From Saprospiraceae bacterium (GTDB taxonomy: Bacteria; Bacteroidota; Bacteroidia; Chitinophagales; Saprospiraceae), in NCBI GenBank assembly GCA_049315745.1, contig JBMOJO010000001.1, positions 1 through 56,841 on the forward strand: a stretch of 56,841 nucleotides of DNA, read 5' to 3'. This document shows positions 55,463 through 56,841 of the stretch, piece after piece; the first letter of the stretch is position 1, and every line of letters starts with the position of its first letter. Below the pieces are notes generated by a model. It searched no databases. It was not told the DNA's origin and saw only the letters and a program-made list of their open reading frames with translations. The translations under genes and the position numbers were made by a program.

Positions 55463-56503
55463 TCAGGCAGGCCCCCGGGCGGTTTCCCTTCGCGGCAGCT
55501 CTGGCAAAAACACTTCAAAAATACTGCCCTTGGGAAAATTATCAGATACCCGGATTTTGCCCTGGTGTGCTTTTACGAGTTGTTCTACGATGTACAGCCC
55601 CAGCCCTGTACCTTTCGAATTGCGGGTATCTTCATTGCCCAGGCGGTAAAATTTCTTAAATATACGGCGTTTTTCCAAATCGGGTATGCCCGGGCCCTGG
55701 TCGGCGACCAGGAGGACGAACCCTGCCGGCTTTTCAAGATAGGCAAGCCTTGTTGTAATCATAGGGGCCGGCTCATTGGAGTATTTTATGGCATTTTCCA
55801 GCAAATTCAGCACGATTGAGGTGAAGCCCAGCTTATCGCCATACCAGTGCGGAAGATTCATTTGATAGGACGTCGGGAAGCGCGTCCCGGGATATTTATC
55901 GTGGAGTTTGGCGATGATTTCGTCGAGAAGCCCCGGCAGGTAAATAGTTGAGTAGTCGGGTTGGTAGGCTGTTTCGAGTTTGGCGGAGAGGAGGAGGTTC
56001 TCGACCAGGAGATGGAGCCGCTCGGTGTCTTTGAGTGCGTTGGTGGATAATTTTTCGGTCTGTGTGCGGCCGAGCTCGCGTTTGAGCAGGGTTTCCAGGA
56101 CGAGGCGTATAGAAGCAATAGGCGATTTCAGCTCATGGGTAATGGCGAGCAGGAAGTTTCGCCGTTGGGTCGCAGCGACCATTTCTTTCTGATACCCCCT
56201 GTTGATAAACCAAATTCCTGCGACGAGACTAAGGACGAATACCGCAGCCTCGCCGATAATCATGAGCTCCTGACGCCGGTAATGCTGCTCAAGGGCGCGG
56301 AATGCCTCCGTATCCTGAAAAGGGCGGAGGTTGTCCAGGAGCTTACGACCGTCCATTTCCCGGCGCAGCAACTCCTGTCGGGATTCAAACGCGTCGCGGT
56401 TTTTGGAAAAAAGCAGGATGGTCCACCAGGTAAAAGCCATCAGCATATAGGCGATCACAGCAAATGAAAGCAGGCGCAGCTGAATATTCCGTAGGTCTTC
56501 CAT
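55463..56503 (-). CDS. Sensor histidine kinase (HisKA + HATPase), cognate to the OmpR-type regulator
   Basis: Two N-terminal TM helices, H-box FLLAITHELKSPIASI, N-box LLENAIKYS and G-boxes DQGPGIP and GTGLGLYIV. Confidence 0.9.
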   Translation of the reverse strand: MEDLRNIQLRLLSFAVIAYMLMAFTWWTILLFSKNRDAFESRQELLRREMDGRKLLDNLRPFQDTEAFRALEQHYRRQELMIIGEAAVFVLSLVAGIWFINRGYQKEMVAATQRRNFLLAITHELKSPIASIRLVLETLLKRELGRTQTEKLSTNALKDTERLHLLVENLLLSAKLETAYQPDYSTIYLPGLLDEIIAKLHDKYPGTRFPTSYQMNLPHWYGDKLGFTSIVLNLLENAIKYSNEPAPMITTRLAYLEKPAGFVLLVADQGPGIPDLEKRRIFKKFYRLGNEDTRNSKGTGLGLYIVEQLVKAHQGKIRVSDNFPKGSIFEVFLPELPRRETARGPA

Positions 56504-56659
56504 AAAAAAAAACTATAGCGCCAAGATACGAAATTTCAGTCCGGAACTTTTGGTTTTTGCCGGGAAGGTGTTTTTTTTGCCTGATATTTAGGGATTTAAG
56601 GAGATGTGTCGGATATTGTGATTTTCCGGCTTTTGATTGCCAAAGAAACGGACCAGGGA

Positions 56660-56841
56660 ATGAAAACTACAGAAGTTGCGGAGAGTATTGCATTGCTGCT
56701 TCGGGAGAACGAGGTCGTCATGATTCCAGGGCTTGGGGGCTTCAGGGCGACATATTCGCCGGCCACAGTGGATCAGGTGCTCGGGGACTTGCGTCCGCCG
56801 GGGTTGCGCGTGGAGTTTGATGAAAACCTTGCCGCAAACGA
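56660..56841 (+). CDS. Partial CDS (5' end): HU-like domain of a SPOR/HU-CCDC81-type protein
   Basis: Hand-translated as MKTTEVAESIALLLRENEVVMIPGLGGFRATYSPATVDQVLGDLRPPGLRVEFDENLAAN, open to the window edge. It matches the usual N-terminus of Bacteroidota HU/SPOR proteins. The ORF-track frame at 56557 is not supported. Confidence 0.65.
   Translation, partial: MKTTEVAESIALLLRENEVVMIPGLGGFRATYSPATVDQVLGDLRPPGLRVEFDENLAAN

Noticed and set aside
1-56841. CRISPR array, tRNA or rRNA genes
   Set aside because: The palindromic repeats are dispersed, not regularly spaced direct repeats with unique spacers. I found no cloverleaf-compatible T-arm or anticodon-arm patterns and no rRNA-like stretches. 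A tRNAscan or Infernal run would be needed to be certain.

Overview
This 56.8-kb chromosomal window looks Bacteroidota-like. The evidence is TAnnTTTG-type -7 boxes, A/T-rich start contexts without Shine-Dalgarno sites, a long LepB, an HU/SPOR-type N-terminus and a KIKGG leader peptide. I call about 45 protein genes on both strands. Most are housekeeping: comEC plus a comEA-like gene, lepA, kdsA, pbpC, fumC, SOD, recN, fabI, GH57, hutU, a cysteine-synthase-like gene, lepB, rpe and rpsP. There are also two two-component systems, several lipoproteins, outer-membrane proteins and proteins of unknown function. I saw no rRNA, tRNA or CRISPR by eye. The best candidate for an undescribed system lies at 14.1-17.9 kb. 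It comprises a LytTR response regulator, an unannotated 49-codon ORF with a double-glycine leader (...EDMKKIKGG|KSGRPWQNGCSDIIPQ) and its own terminator, and a fully soluble TPR-rich LytS-type histidine kinase. Three tandem ~160-bp units follow, each with a promoter-like box, a conserved 16-18-nt box and a different intrinsic terminator. The conserved box is complementary to the start-codon region of the peptide gene. The second theme is intergenic repeats. One 142-bp MITE-like family has target-site duplications and conserved flanks, but its central perfect palindrome is completely different between copies; one copy sits exactly on the pbpC stop codon. A second family has GGGGTTGTGTAAAAAG-type termini, and a GNNGC-TTC/GAA-GCNNC mini-hairpin module is shared between families. 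All calls come from reading the sequence and ORF translations only. Domain names come from recognised motifs, not from searches, and start codons are best guesses.
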